From the NCBI GenBank assembly GCA_964016885.1, contig OZ024740.1:201128001-201192000 (forward strand): a stretch of DNA of 64,000 nucleotides, read 5' to 3'. Of this stretch, positions 25,395 through 38,987 are shown in pieces. The notes under the pieces were generated by a model, which saw nothing but the letters and a program-made list of their open reading frames with translations, was not told the origin of the DNA and made no database searches. Positions within the stretch are counted from its first letter, which is position 1, and every line of letters begins with the position of its first letter. Both the position numbers and the translations under genes were made by a program. This stretch comes from Eledone cirrhosa. Taxonomy: Eukaryota.

Positions 25395-28300
25395 TAACAA
25401 ATCAAATTCAACAATCGAAGTCCTCAATAGGCACACACCCTCGAAAAAATGTGCAACCTTCCTCCTCAGGAGCACAAAGAGCGGGTGCTCCCTTCCTCTC
25501 CTCCTTCCTCTCCTCTCTCACCTACAGGCTGATATAGAGTGAAGGCCCATTCACTCGGGCCATTCTCGCCACTTTCACCCATCTTTCATAAAACTTGCTG
25601 GGGTAGAGCACCTCTCTCTCCATTCTGATCCTTCTTCTAAAATGGTACTTGAAAAAAAGGACCAGTTGTTGGCCGGAGAGAAAAGTGTCTGACCTCAGCC
25701 CTTTCAACCTCGTCCACCATAAACCTCTTTCGCCATAGCTATCACACAGAGGAAAGCCGCCTCTCCTTCGTTTTTGAAGTGGGAGGCGGTTTGATCGTGA
25801 CAATGTACTCGGTGGTCAATCGGATTGGTCCCACCCACGACAGTAGTCGTTCCACATAGCCCCACAGGTCAGCAACGCCGGTTTCCTCGTCACGCACGCA
25901 TCTCGGACAGATATTCTTCGAAGGGTCCCTATCCGGGCACCCGTGTCTGTAAAGCTTGTCCCGAACGGGTAGAGCTCCTCGGTAGCACTGCCAAGCCAGG
26001 GACTTTTGGAAGTTGTCCATCGGTCTCGGGCCAAACGTCCTTCCGAACAGACTGGCTAGCCCTTCTTCCTCCATGCCCAGAGCCTCTCCGAGAGCGTCGT
26101 CGCATTGGCTGCGCACCAACCCTCTATAGAATGTTGAGGTTGAGTGTCCACTGATTGCCGGATCCACTTGCATGAGGGCCGTGAGGGCCTGGGCACATTC
26201 AATGTGCCAGTCGCCCACTTTTACGGTCTTTGCTTGACCCAGGATTTCAGCTCGGTGAGCGAGACGAGTCTAGGAAAGGCTCGCCTCACAAAATTGGCCC
26301 ACACCGGCTGACCGGTGAGGAATACCTAGAGGTGCCATAGCCTTAATGCGGGTCTACGCATCGTCAGCCACGGCAACCCCAGCCCTCCGTTCGAAGGGTG
26401 TTGACACCAAAGGGGCCCGCTTCTTCCAAAGGAATCGGAAGAGCGCGCGCTCCATTTTGGCGAGCGTTTTCGCTGGGCAAGGCACGACGGTCAAGCGGTA
26501 GTAGATGACGGACGCTATATAAGTGTTCGCCACCTCCGCTCGACCTTTCAGGGATAGTTTGCACTCGGCCCACTTCTGGGCGAGTGCAAACACCCTGCCC
26601 GTTACCTCATCCCAGTTTTTTCCACCTGGAGGTCCGGTCCGAACCAGACCCCGAGCAGCTTCACCGGTCCTTCCGTCCATAGTCCGACGGCATTGGTTTG
26701 CCTCGCCACGTTCCGAGTTGCAAACCGACGGACTTGTCCCGGTTCAGCTTAGCTCCTGTAAACCTTTCGTATTCCTCCAGTAAGGTGCCGATCTGCCCGA
26801 CTTCCGAGGCGCACGACACCATTACTGCCACGTCATCGGCGTAGGTCGACACCGCTTTCCGTAATCTCCGTTCCAAGGGGATTCCCTTCAATAGCTCTAA
26901 CTTCCGCAGTAGTGGCTCGAGAGCCAGCACATGCCGAAGGGAGGAGAGAGGGCGATGGATCGCGCGATTTGGAACGGCTCCGAAAGGTAGCCGTTCACCT
27001 TGACCCTCGAGCAGGTGTTGCTGCGTGCATTGCAGCCATCCAGCCCCTGAAAACGGGTCAGAAGCCTGCCGCCGCGAGCACCGCATCCAGGTACCAATGG
27101 TCGACCCTATAGAACGCCTTAGATTGATCCAAGTTGATCAGGGCCCCACCAAAGCCGAGTTCGTTCCCTACCCTCTCTACGATGTATCGCATGAGGTGGA
27201 GGTTGTCGTGTATGGACCTGGACAGGATTGCGCTTGTCTGCGCTTCTCCCACCAGGTTCCCGACGACAAGCGCCAACCTCTTCGCTAACACCTTGGCCAA
27301 AATCTTTAACTCTGTATTTAGCAGAGTTATGGGCCTGAAGTTATCTATGTCATCCCCCTTGTTCTCGTCCTTCCTCACCAGCGTTACTACGCCCTTGGTT
27401 ACAGAACTGGGAATTCTCCCGTTCTGTTGCCAGTTGCAGTAGACCGCCTCGAGGAGATCGGAGAACAAGTCCGGCATCGCTACATAAAGTTCGTATGGTA
27501 GAACATCGAGACCGGGAGATTTGCGTTTGCCGCATAGGCTCAGCGCTTCCCCTATTTCAGCGGCTGAAATCGGCCTTTCGCAGGACTTAGCCTCCCCGTC
27601 CGAGAGCCGTGGCAGACCGTCGAGGTATGGACCGAAATCCATGGCCTCACCCGGCCCGCTGCCCCTCCCGAACAGTCGTGCAAAGCGCCGTTGAAAGGCC
27701 GCGCACATCCGCTCAGGTTCAAGGATTACGCGTCCATCCTGGTCCTTCAAAGACCGAATCTTGGACTTGTTTCCACTTTTTGCCTCTGTCACTCGGGCCC
27801 AGCTAACAGCTTTGGCTCCCTCGTTACCCAGAGCACGTATTTTACTCCTGACAACACAGCCCTCGTGCTTCGCGTCAAAGAACTGGTCTAGGGCCGTTCT
27901 TGACGCCAGCACGCCGGCCACGTTGCCTCTCCTAATCGCCTCTTCTAGTCTATCTATCAATTGCCTTTCAGTTCTATTCCTATCTGATGCTAATTCATGA
28001 CTAAAACCTATCGATACTATTCTAATTTCTCTCTTGAGAGAGCCCCACCACCTGCTGTTGTCAATTGCCCCGTCAACCGCTGCTTAACTAGATAACTAAT
28101 CCGCTTACTGTAAGCTTTGTTTGTCGGTAAGGACAAGTTTAGCTTCCAGTAACCGGGTCCTTGTCTATGGGTTCAATCAAGGTTGACCACTCCGGTCACC
28201 AACTTGTGATCCGAATAGTCAACCATGAACATTCGTGGACAGCTTAATATCTCCCTATCCTTATTTCTAACTAGGAACCTATCTAGGTACGACCTAGATG

Positions 28301-30940
28301 TTCCGCTGAGATTATTCCACGTCCACAGTGGCACAGTCGGAAAATCTAGTCGATATCTATCGGCCAGATCAAATCGGCCGATTAACCGTTTGAGGCTGTT
28401 ACACCCCCTCTATCGGGACATGACCCTACATAGTCCCACCGTGCATCCAGGATACCATTCTAGTCCCCCACTAAAAGCAAGGAGCGAGACGTTCCCAGAA
28501 AAGTCTCTAGGCGTTGGAAGAAGTCCGGTCGCGGTGCTCCAGATGGGGCATACGCTGCCACCAGCCTGAAGGCTCCACCTTCACTACTGCCTACGTCTAG
28601 AACCACCAGTCGACACTCCGGGTCCAGGTGTACCTTCCGTGTTGCGAGGCCCAGGTGTTTTCGCAGCAGAACGACCATCCCGCCCCCACCTCCCGGCTGA
28701 CAGAGAGATGCATAGATCTCAAAGTCGTCGAAGATGGGGGCCAGTTGGTGCTCGCTGCTGATCCTGGACTCACAAATAGCTATCACATCCATTCTGTGTG
28801 ATCTGAGGTCATTTAAGAGTTTGCCCTGCTTCCAGGACATCCCCAAGCCGCGCACATTTAAACATCCAACTCTTATAACAGCCATGCTGGTGGTGAAGAG
28901 TTTAGAGTGGAGAAAAAGGAAAAGACACCTACCTGTCCTTCTCCTGGGGACCAGGCTGCACAATTTCCATGGGGGTGTCGGCGGGGTTGTTTGGTGGGGT
29001 GGTGGTTTGGGATGTGGTGGGGTGGGGGTGTTTGGTGTGGGAGGGTTGTCTGGTTGGTGGTGGGGAAACATTTCAAGAGGACGTAGTTGCTAGGTCCAGT
29101 CCATGGGTTCCCCACGATCCTCGGGAAAGTTCTGTTTGAGCATTGCGTAGGTGTCCCTTGGGACCCTAATCATTTTTAAATGTGGTTTAGTCGCCGCGTT
29201 GGTTAACATTTTCCCTTCGGTTTCCACCGAGGGGTCTTTGTCTATTGTTTGCACAAGTGTTTTGTTGTTTGTGATGATGTATGTATAGAGTTTTTGTTGT
29301 GTTGTGTTTGTTTCTTGTTTGTTGTTCTTGTGTGTGTTTGTGTTTTGTAGTATGTGTTATGTTTTCGGGAGGGTGGTTTTTTTTGTTTTTGATGTTTGTT
29401 CTGTTTGTGCTGGTGGTTGTGTGTTTGTTGCATGTTTGTTAATGTGGTGCTTTCTTTTCTTTCTTTTTACGGGTTGAAAGGGTTCTCCCTCGTCGTCACT
29501 GGGTGACGTTGATAAGGGGTTCTCGTCCGTGTTGTTAGGGAGGGTATATTTTGGGGTTTTGCTGTGGTTGCTTTTGTATTTGTTTAAGGTGGGGAGGGGT
29601 TGGGTGGGACAGTGTCTTGTGCTATTTGTTCGTGTTGTTGTTGTGGTAGTGGTGGTTGTGCTGTTGTGTGTGTGGTGGGCAGAAGCGTCTTTTTTGGTGG
29701 GGGGCATTTAAAAAGGGACAGGAAGCCCTCAGGTGACCACTTCTTGAACAGTGGTAGCATGAAGGCCGCCTGCCCTCAACAAAAATGTTTATGAAGGCGA
29801 CTCCATCCAGGGACACACGCTGCGGTATTCTTGCTATCCGTTCTGGTCTCATTTGGACCAGAACTTCAAGGCTATTGTCGCCGAATACGCCCCCGGTGGA
29901 TTTGCCTATGGAAAGGATTGTGTCTTCATCTTCTAAGGATCCCGTTAGCACACACCAAATGCTCGCATTTGGCCTGATGCCCGAGATTCTTATCTTTTGA
30001 GTTCTTTTCCCCAAATATGTGGGGAAAAAGGTGTATGCTTTGGATACAATTGGTGACACAGAATATTTCCGTGCCGCCAATTCATCTTGCATTAAAACAG
30101 ATATGCTTCCATACAGTTTCCCTTTCTGTATGAAAGCGATATCCATGCAGGCACTACTTAGGACCAGCTCAATTTCGCTTTGGGACAATTGAGCCGGTTT
30201 CCTAGTCGTGTTCGAAACTGTCCTAAAGATTACAGTCCTGAGGACTGTGTCCCTTCTAATTTCTTCGGGGGAGGTAATTGTGAATTCCCCACCTTCCCCG
30301 AAATTTACACAATTCCTTGCTTCTTTCAACAATTTCTTGGCATTCGAGATGTCTAGTGCCTTGTATGTCTGTGTTTCTCGGACTGCCTGTGCGAAGGAGA
30401 CTGCAGCTGTGGGTCCGTTTTCTTTCGTGATGTTATCATTGTTATTGTTGTTATTCGTGTTGGCTTGCTTTTTTCCTTTGTTGATGTTGTCATTATTGCT
30501 GTTGTTGGTTGTGTTGTTATTGACATTGTTGCTATTGTTGGTTGTGTTGTTATTGTCATTGTTGTTCTTGTTTGTGTAATTGTTACTTTTGGGGTTTTCA
30601 CCCATTTCCACAATGTTTTCTTTTGATTCCGTGGTGTCTTTTGCGGGAGTGAGGAGGGAAGGCTTACAGCGTTGTGCTGCTACCTTCTCTCTATCACTTT
30701 CCTTGGGGGGCGTGGCATGCGTCGTATTAATGGCGTTAATTGTCACTAAACGACTTTTTATCGACAACTTATAACTATTAAATTTCGCCCCAAGAAGGGG
30801 CGAAATTTATTTTACCCAACGTCTGGAGGCCCAAGCGAGGGTTAAACACAACAAATAACAAATTACTTAAACAAACCTACCGCTTCTCGTAATAAATTCC
30901 GACAAAATGCAGGAGCGAAACAAAAAAACGTCTATCTTCT
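25395..30940 (-). mobile_element. Tx1-clade LINE, copy 2 (distinct family, more decayed)
   Basis: ORF1 29622-30767 with CYHCSRSGHLRASC. ORF2 fragments run from ~28885 (CLNVRGL, AICES) through NFRPITLLN, LDQSKAF, TYADD and CPRC to a stop at 25522. Confidence 0.9.
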
Positions 30941-31133
30941 CCGAGATAGATAGATAGATAGATAGATAAATTCGTACATATTTATGTACGAACATACATC
31001 CATACATACATACATACATACACATACATACACACACACATAGATACACACACACATACATACACACAAACACATACATACATACATACATACATACATA
31101 CATACATACATACATACATACATACATACATAC

Positions 31134-34100
31134 TGCAAGTGTGTTGTAAAACACCTATTTATATGAACGATACATACACTTATGATATATGAACGATACA
31201 TACACTTTAACATATAAATGCAACGTTGTTATATTACATTTATAAAGAAATATTACATTTAAATAAAACACAGTTGTAGAATTAAAAACTAACTGAAAAG
31301 AAATATTACTCAAGCTGTGAATAACTTTAAATTTGATTCTGGCAGAACTTTGTCGTAACTTTTAAAGAAGATCATCGACTATTTTGAAAAATAAATACGA
31401 AATATTAGTGAATAGACGAACTCATCATGGCAAAAAGTACAAGTCTCCTTCGACCAAATCGCAATTACAACCGTTGTACACAGTGGACCTACGAGCTTAA
31501 CAAAGTATTATATGAAGCATACAAACAATCTGAACCCCAAAAGTTCGGTTTTATGCAAAGGCTAAAAACTTTATGGAACTCCAAACACCCAGAATTAGAC
31601 TTTTCTCCAAAGCATTTAAATGAACAGGCAAAACGTATCATTAGATGTAAATTGATACATCTAACGGAATCGAGTGATACTACAAATACAGCCCTTGTAG
31701 ACAACCACCCCACCTCCACTGACAGACAAAGAGAATGGCCAGCTAAATCTAACAGTGAACAGCTCACCAACAATTTTGCTGAAATTCATCCCACTTCACT
31801 GAAGAACAGCGAGAAAGGTCAGCTGACTCTAGTAGTAATTGTCACCACATCAACAACGAGGCTGAAATTCATGACTCTACTGAACAAACAGAGCACCAAA
31901 AACTTGTGGGCTCCCTACAAGTGATATGGAATGATATGTTTCAAGAGATACACAGCCTTAATGTGAGTAACAGACCATACAACACTAGAGTCAGTAAAGA
32001 ACCCACTAAATTGGAATTGGAAGCGGTGAACGAAATAGCTGGCAATTATCTGAAGGCTATACGATCTAAAGGTGTAGAAACGACATTTGAAACGCTTAAT
32101 GTTTTGTTATATGTTTCAGCTGTCACATTGCTAGCATATAACACACATCTAAAACCACGCAATCAAGATACAAACAGAAAGCCTGAACCAGCGTGGATGC
32201 GAAATTTAAAAACCAAAATTTTGTCCCTGAGACGAAGTATCTCACACATCGCAGTCGTTATGAAATGCAACATAGAGAGCAACTTCACACAACACCAGGA
32301 AGACCTAAAGAAAAAGTTAGAGAGAAGATTTGGAGATACAAAATTTAAAACTTTGAACTCCAAATTACACCAGTTGAAACAACAACTCACAGCTACAACA
32401 GAAAGACTAAAATATAAGTCAACAGCACATAAACGACAAGTGCTAAATAGATTGTTTGCCAGAAATCCTAAATCAGTTTATCGCGGCTTCGGTGGCAAAA
32501 GCTCAATCTCTGTAAATGACACCCCTTCAAAAGAACAGGTTGAGAGCTACTGGAGATCTGTATGGGAAACGGATGACGGATTCAACAGACACGCTAATTG
32601 GCTAAAAGAACTGGAACAGGACTACTGCCAACATGTCCAGACAAAACAATATGACATAGATGGGTCAATACTGGAAACAGCTCTACAGAAAATGTCGAAT
32701 AGGAAATCGCCAGGCCCAGACCTCATTACAGGATACTGGTTGAAGAATTTCACTTTCTATCGGCAAGATCTCATACGGCTGTTTACAGAAACCATTAAGG
32801 GCACACAAGAACTACCCAGATGGTTATCAACTGCCTCTACTCTCCTCATTCCCAAAAATAGCCAAACCACACTTGCTAAAAATTACCGCCCAATTGCCTG
32901 CCAAAACATCATGTATAAATTATATACTGGGTGCCTTAACCTGTTCTTACAGGATCACTGTGCTACCAACAACATCATAACACCTGAGCAAGCTGGTGGA
33001 AAGAGGGGGGTGTGGGGTCGCATAGATCACCTACTAACTAACAAAATGATTCAGGAAAAAACAACAAAGAATCGCAGAAACATGACTGTCGTGTGGCTGG
33101 ACTATCAAAAAGCATTTGATAGTGTACCTCATGGGTGGATTGTTAAGGCTTTACAGTTAGCTAAAGTCCCACAACCATTGGTAGCTGCTGTTGAACGCCT
33201 GACCAAGAACTGGTACACCAGTTTGATCCTTAGAGGTGAGAAGGAGCAGGTTAGGACTGATAAGATACATTACCAGAAGGGCATCTTTCAGGGTGATAGC
33301 TTGTCGGTGCTACTCTTCGTTCTCTCACTGAATCCACTATCTTACCTACTCAGGAAACAAGGTCGACAAAGAAGTGGGACCAGAAGTATCTCCCATCTTT
33401 TCTTTGTTGATGACCTGAAGTTGTATGGGCCAAATATCAATGACATCAAGAAACAATTGGACCTCATTACACAATTTTCAACCGACATCAAAATGAAATT
33501 TGGTGAGTCCAAGTGTGCATATTTGGCAGTAAAACGTGGAAGAGCTGTGCCCTCCTCTAGAAATCTAGAGATGAACGGCCTGACAATACAACCTCTGCAG
33601 TCAGGTGACAACTACAGATATCTTGGACAGGATGAGAATGTCAGATATGATGGACCCATAAATAAGGAGAGAACCAGAACTGAATACCTCAGAAGAGTAA
33701 AGAAAATATGGTCATAAGAACTGTCAGCATACAACAAATACATTGCCCACAATACTTATGCTGTGCCAATTCTAACGCCAACATTTGGCCTACTGAACTG
33801 GTCATTGCAAGAACTAAGTGAGATGGATGTTAGAACTCGAAAACTTCTCAGTGTTACTGGGAACTTTAACATCAATGGTGATGTGGATAGGCTATACTTC
33901 TCACGCAAGGAAGGTGGCCGGGGTCTAAAATCAATATTAACAACATATGAGACCCGGATAGTGACACTGAAGCAACACCTTCAACAGAGGAAAAAGGTTG
34001 GCAACCATCTTGCCCAGGTTTATGACCATGAAAAAAGAAATATCATTAGAATAGCGACTGATCTGGAGGAGAGATATGGAATAAAGCCCGATATAAATCT

Positions 34101-35014
34101 CTCACCCAGAGAAATCGGAAGATCCTATTCAATGTTCAAACAAGAAAAAAAAATTGACCAATTTACAGAAAAAGTTGTGCATGGATACTTGAGGCGTAAA
34201 ACACAGACCATAGAGGGGATAAACCACTCAAAAAGTCTGGCATGGAGTTCCGACAAGTTTATGACATCACACCTTGAGGGATATCTCTATGCAATACAGG
34301 AACAAGAACTCCCTACCAAATATCTGCTGCACAAAAGAGGAGGGCCAGCAGCTGACAATAAATGTAGGCTATGTAAAACAAAGATCGAGGATGTAAGCCA
34401 CATTGTTGCCAGCTGCGAAAGAATGTCATCTCGCTACTACCTCCCCATGAGACACGATGGGATAGCTAGAACCATCTGGAACGCACTTCGGAAAACAAAA
34501 TTAACAACAAACGAGGAAGAATATATTGAGACAGATGGCACTAAGGAATACTGGTGGAACCTGAAAATAAAAACTGCCACCAGATTAAAGCACAACCGGC
34601 CTGATATTGTAGTTTGGGACCACACATTGAAAACGTGTTCTGTTGTGGAGATCAGCTGCCCACTTGATGTAAACGTTGTCAGAAAAATACAGGAGAAGAA
34701 GGACATCTACGGACCATTGATGAGGAGTTTACAAATCCAGTATCCAAGATACACCTTTAGCTTCATACCCATCATTATTGGTGCTACGGGTTATATACCA
34801 ACCCGCTTGGACCAAAGTATGACTGAACTTGGATTTGCGGACAAAAAGCGCAGCTCCCTAATTCATAGTCTACAAATGGCTGCGATAGCTGGCACCTTCA
34901 AAATTTGCAAAACATTCTTGCGATTCAAGGGATGACAATTTCTTTCTTTTACAACCTTGCCACCAGGAAGGTGGCCGGTCAAAAAAATATACTCAAAATT
35001 AAGAGAAAGAGAAA
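31134..35014 (+). mobile_element. R4/Dong-type RLE non-LTR retrotransposon, copy 1, flanked by (CATA)n
   Basis: Single-ORF architecture with (CATA)n at ~31070-31133 and 35015-35082. Confidence 0.85.
31427..34935 (+). pseudogene. RT + CCHC + restriction-like endonuclease ORF (frameshift ~31910, stop at 33715-33717)
   Basis: KSPGPD, NYRPIAC, WLDYQKAFDSV, GIFQGDSLS, FVDD, RKEGGRGL, CRLC..EDVSHIVASC, RHD, RPDIVVWD..VVEISCP. Confidence 0.92.
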
Positions 35015-35119
35015 ACATACATACATACATACATACATACATACATACATACATACATACATACATACATACATACATACATCGTTATCGAGTATGGCCA
35101 TTGCACGAGGAGAAAGAAA

Positions 35120-35152
<33 letters not shown>

Positions 35153-35410
35153 AAAATAAAATAAAAATAAAAATAAAAAATGAAAAAATAAATATATATA
35201 TATATATATACATACACACACACATACACACACATACACACACACATATACACACAGATACATTAATAACAATAATAATAATAATAATAATAACAACAAC
35301 AATAATAATAACGACAACAACAATAATAATATACATATACATATATATATACACACAAACGCACACACATAAGCATATCTACACACACACACACACACAC
35401 ACGATAGCAA

Positions 35411-37740
35411 CTAACAGCGCTGCGATCGAATGTGGCTTTTTAGCCCAGCCAATGATCTAAAATGTCTTGCACAGAGTCGGCAACCAAAACATTCACTGGG
35501 AATAGTCGGCTGTGGTTGGAGTTCGTGTACTTTTGCATGTCGCTTGAGCCCTCCTGCTGATTTACATTCTCTACCACATGTTTGGCAAGCATGATGAGTA
35601 GCATCTCCAACAGCAGCCTGGTAATCAACCACTGGTCTTACTTTATGACTGCGAAGATGACTTTCGAGTCCAGCTTTGCTTAGGCAGAGTCTCGCACATA
35701 CGCTGCATGTCAGCACCATAGGAGGACCCTCGCCGTCTGGAAGTGCAACAGCAATGCCCTTCCTCACATCCCGCTTTACTTTCTCGTATGCGATTCGAGA
35801 TGCCTCAAAGGCAACTTTTCCCTCATATACAGTCTTTCTCCATTTATTACGATCAGCAGCAATATTCTTCCATGTATCAGCAGAGATGTTAGCGTCTTTC
35901 AGAGAGGCTTTCAAGGAATCCTTATACCTCTTTTTTGGTTTATGTGGCGGTCGTTTTCCTTTAACCAACTCTCCATAAAAGAGTTGTTTTGGTATTCTAG
36001 AATCCTTCATCCTGGCAAGGTGACCACTCCAACGGAGTCGTTGCTTAAGCACAAGAGCTTCTATACTGTCACACATAGAGCTCTCCAAAATCTCGACATC
36101 ACTGATGTGGTCCCTCCAGTGAACGCCATGGATCCGTCTGAGACACATCTGATGGAAACGCTCCAATTGCTTAAGGTGGTGTCGATATGTGACCCAGGTC
36201 TCGCAGGCATAAAGAAGACAAGAGAGCACACATGCCCTGTACACCTTTACCTCCTCCTGCATATGTCTCGCCGACCCCAGAGTCGCCTTTCTAGCTTTCC
36301 GAAAGCATCACTTGCTTTCCTAATCCTAAGTGAGATTTCACTGTCAAGGTTGCCGTATCCATTGACAGTGCTCCTCAGGTAGACAAACTGATCAACCACT
36401 CCAAGTCGTTTGCCATACACATAGATGTTTGGTTCAGTGTACTGCTTACCAGAGGCAGGTTGGTACATGACGACGGTTTTCTTGAGACTGACAGTCAGAC
36501 CTAGGGCAGTGCAAGCGTCAGAAAATGCATTCAAAATGTGCTGCATATCACTCTCTGTGTGCGCTACAAGATCGCAATCATCTGCATACAAGAGGTCTCT
36601 TATGATTGATGTAAATACTTTTGTCTTCGCAGCAAAGCGCCTGATGTTAAATATGCTGCCTGAGGTTCGATATCGGATGTAAACACCATGCTCGCAATTC
36701 CTGAATGCAATACAGAAAACCTTTTCAAAGTATATGGCAAACAGGGTCGGTGCTGGAATATCCCCCTGTTTCACTCCATTTTTTACTGAGATAGGCTTCG
36801 AAATGTTACCCCCGACATTAACCCAAGCCTTCATGTCGTTATGGAAAGACCTAACTAAAGCAAGGAACTTATCAGGGCAACCAAGTTTCTGGAGAACCTT
36901 CCATAATGCATCTCTGTTAACAGTATCGAAAGCTTTTGTCAGATCGACAAAAACCTGAAACAGATCCAAGCCTTGTTCCATGCACTTCTCCTGGAGCTGT
37001 CTAGCTGAGAAGATCATATCAGTAGTGCTGCGTCCAGCACGAAAACCAGATTGACTTTCTGGAAGAACACAATCTGCAATGTATGTCAGCAGACGGTCCA
37101 GAAGCACCCTACATAAAACTTTCCCTACGACAGAAAGCAATGATATACCTCTGTAGTTCCCACAATCGTTCCTGTTATCTTTTCCCTTGTACAAGACCAC
37201 CATTACTGCATCTCTCCAGTCCTCAGGTACGGATTCATTAGCCCATATCCTGCCAAACAAAGAGTGAAGATGTTGCAGGAGTCTCTCACCACCATATTGT
37301 AGGAGCTCAGCATGTATGCCATCCATACCTGGAGATCTTCCACTGTTCAGCTTCGAAATAGCCACTGCAACCTCCACAAGCGTCGGAGGTTCAGCGAGAG
37401 CTACTTTCACAGGACTTTCTGGAATGAGATTGAGGAAATCTTCACTGACGACAGATGGCTGATTCAAAAGATCATCAAAGTGCTCTCGCCACCTTCGTAG
37501 AATTCCTTGTGAGTCACGAAGAAGTTCTTTGCCATCCTTGCTGCGAAGCGGTGTCACCAGAGAAGAAGACGGTCCATAAACCTCACGCAAGAGACTGTAC
37601 AACAGCTTTGTGTTATTGGAATCAGACGCAGTTTGTATCTCACCAGCCTTCTCACTCCACCACTGATCCTTCATCTGAGAAAGACTCCGCCTAACACGTG
37701 ATTTTACATCCCTGGGTTCCTCATGCAACGTATTCTTCTC
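35411..37740 (-). pseudogene. 5'-truncated RTE-clade LINE: RT plus three C-terminal C2H2-like fingers, one frameshift ~36255
   Basis: SPGMDGI, NYRGISLLS, QSGFRAGRST, FVDLTKAFD, GVKQG, LLYADD, RLRWSGHLARM..RIPKQLFYGEL; CSVC..HLRSH, CQTC..HAKVH, CRLC..HIRS. Confidence 0.92.
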
Positions 37741-37817
37741 CATACATACATACATACATACATACATACATACATACATACATACATACATACATACATA
37801 CATACATACATACATAC

Positions 37818-38124
37818 ACTCTGATTGCTACTTGTTTTACAAAAACGTTCACAGATGTGACGTTTGAACCGTCTGTATCCTGGCAATACATGCATTCTAC
37901 CATGTCTGGTCAATCCACCAGTTGACTTGTATATTACGCCACTCTCATTGCAAATATATTGTAGAGTGTGTGATGGTAGAACCATTGCACAAGTGGCTCG
38001 ATTTCTCCCTCATTCATGTGATTTCAGATGGTTGACAAGTCCAGCTCTTGATGGAAGAAATCGGCCACATACATTGCAACACATTTCCTGCTGGAGTTTT
38101 GCAGATATTGCACTCGGTCCCCAC

Positions 38125-38125
<1 letters not shown>
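37818..38125 (-). pseudogene. Decayed RTE C-terminal zinc-finger fragment
   Basis: CNVCGRFLPSRAGLVNHLKSH and [13 protein letters not shown] in adjacent frames. Confidence 0.7.
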
Positions 38126-38583
<458 letters not shown>

Positions 38584-38987
38584 AGAAAGAGAGATTTTGT
38601 TCCACAACAGCTACTTCACCGTACTGAGAACGAAATATGCGATGCATTTGTTTTGCAAGATTTTTTATATGAAATCGTGTTGAAACAGATGTTATATTTG
38701 AGAAGGGCATTGTTGTTATATGTTTGTATACAACTGATGATGTCACAGAATTCTGAGAAACTATATTTATATGTTTTAATTGTTGGGCAATCAATGATAA
38801 ACATTGATTGCCTGCTGAATTATTTATAGAAATATAAAAATATACAGATACACAGATAGAACAAGCAATCAACTAGTGACAAGTAAATAAACGTATAACA
38901 ATATGTTTCAACACGTTTTCAGATAAGAAATCTTGCAAAATAAATTCAAAAACGAAGTATATATATATGTGTATATATATATATATA

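Noticed and set aside
35411-36262. Host C2H2 zinc-finger gene
   Set aside because: It is continuous with RTE RT/thumb sequence.
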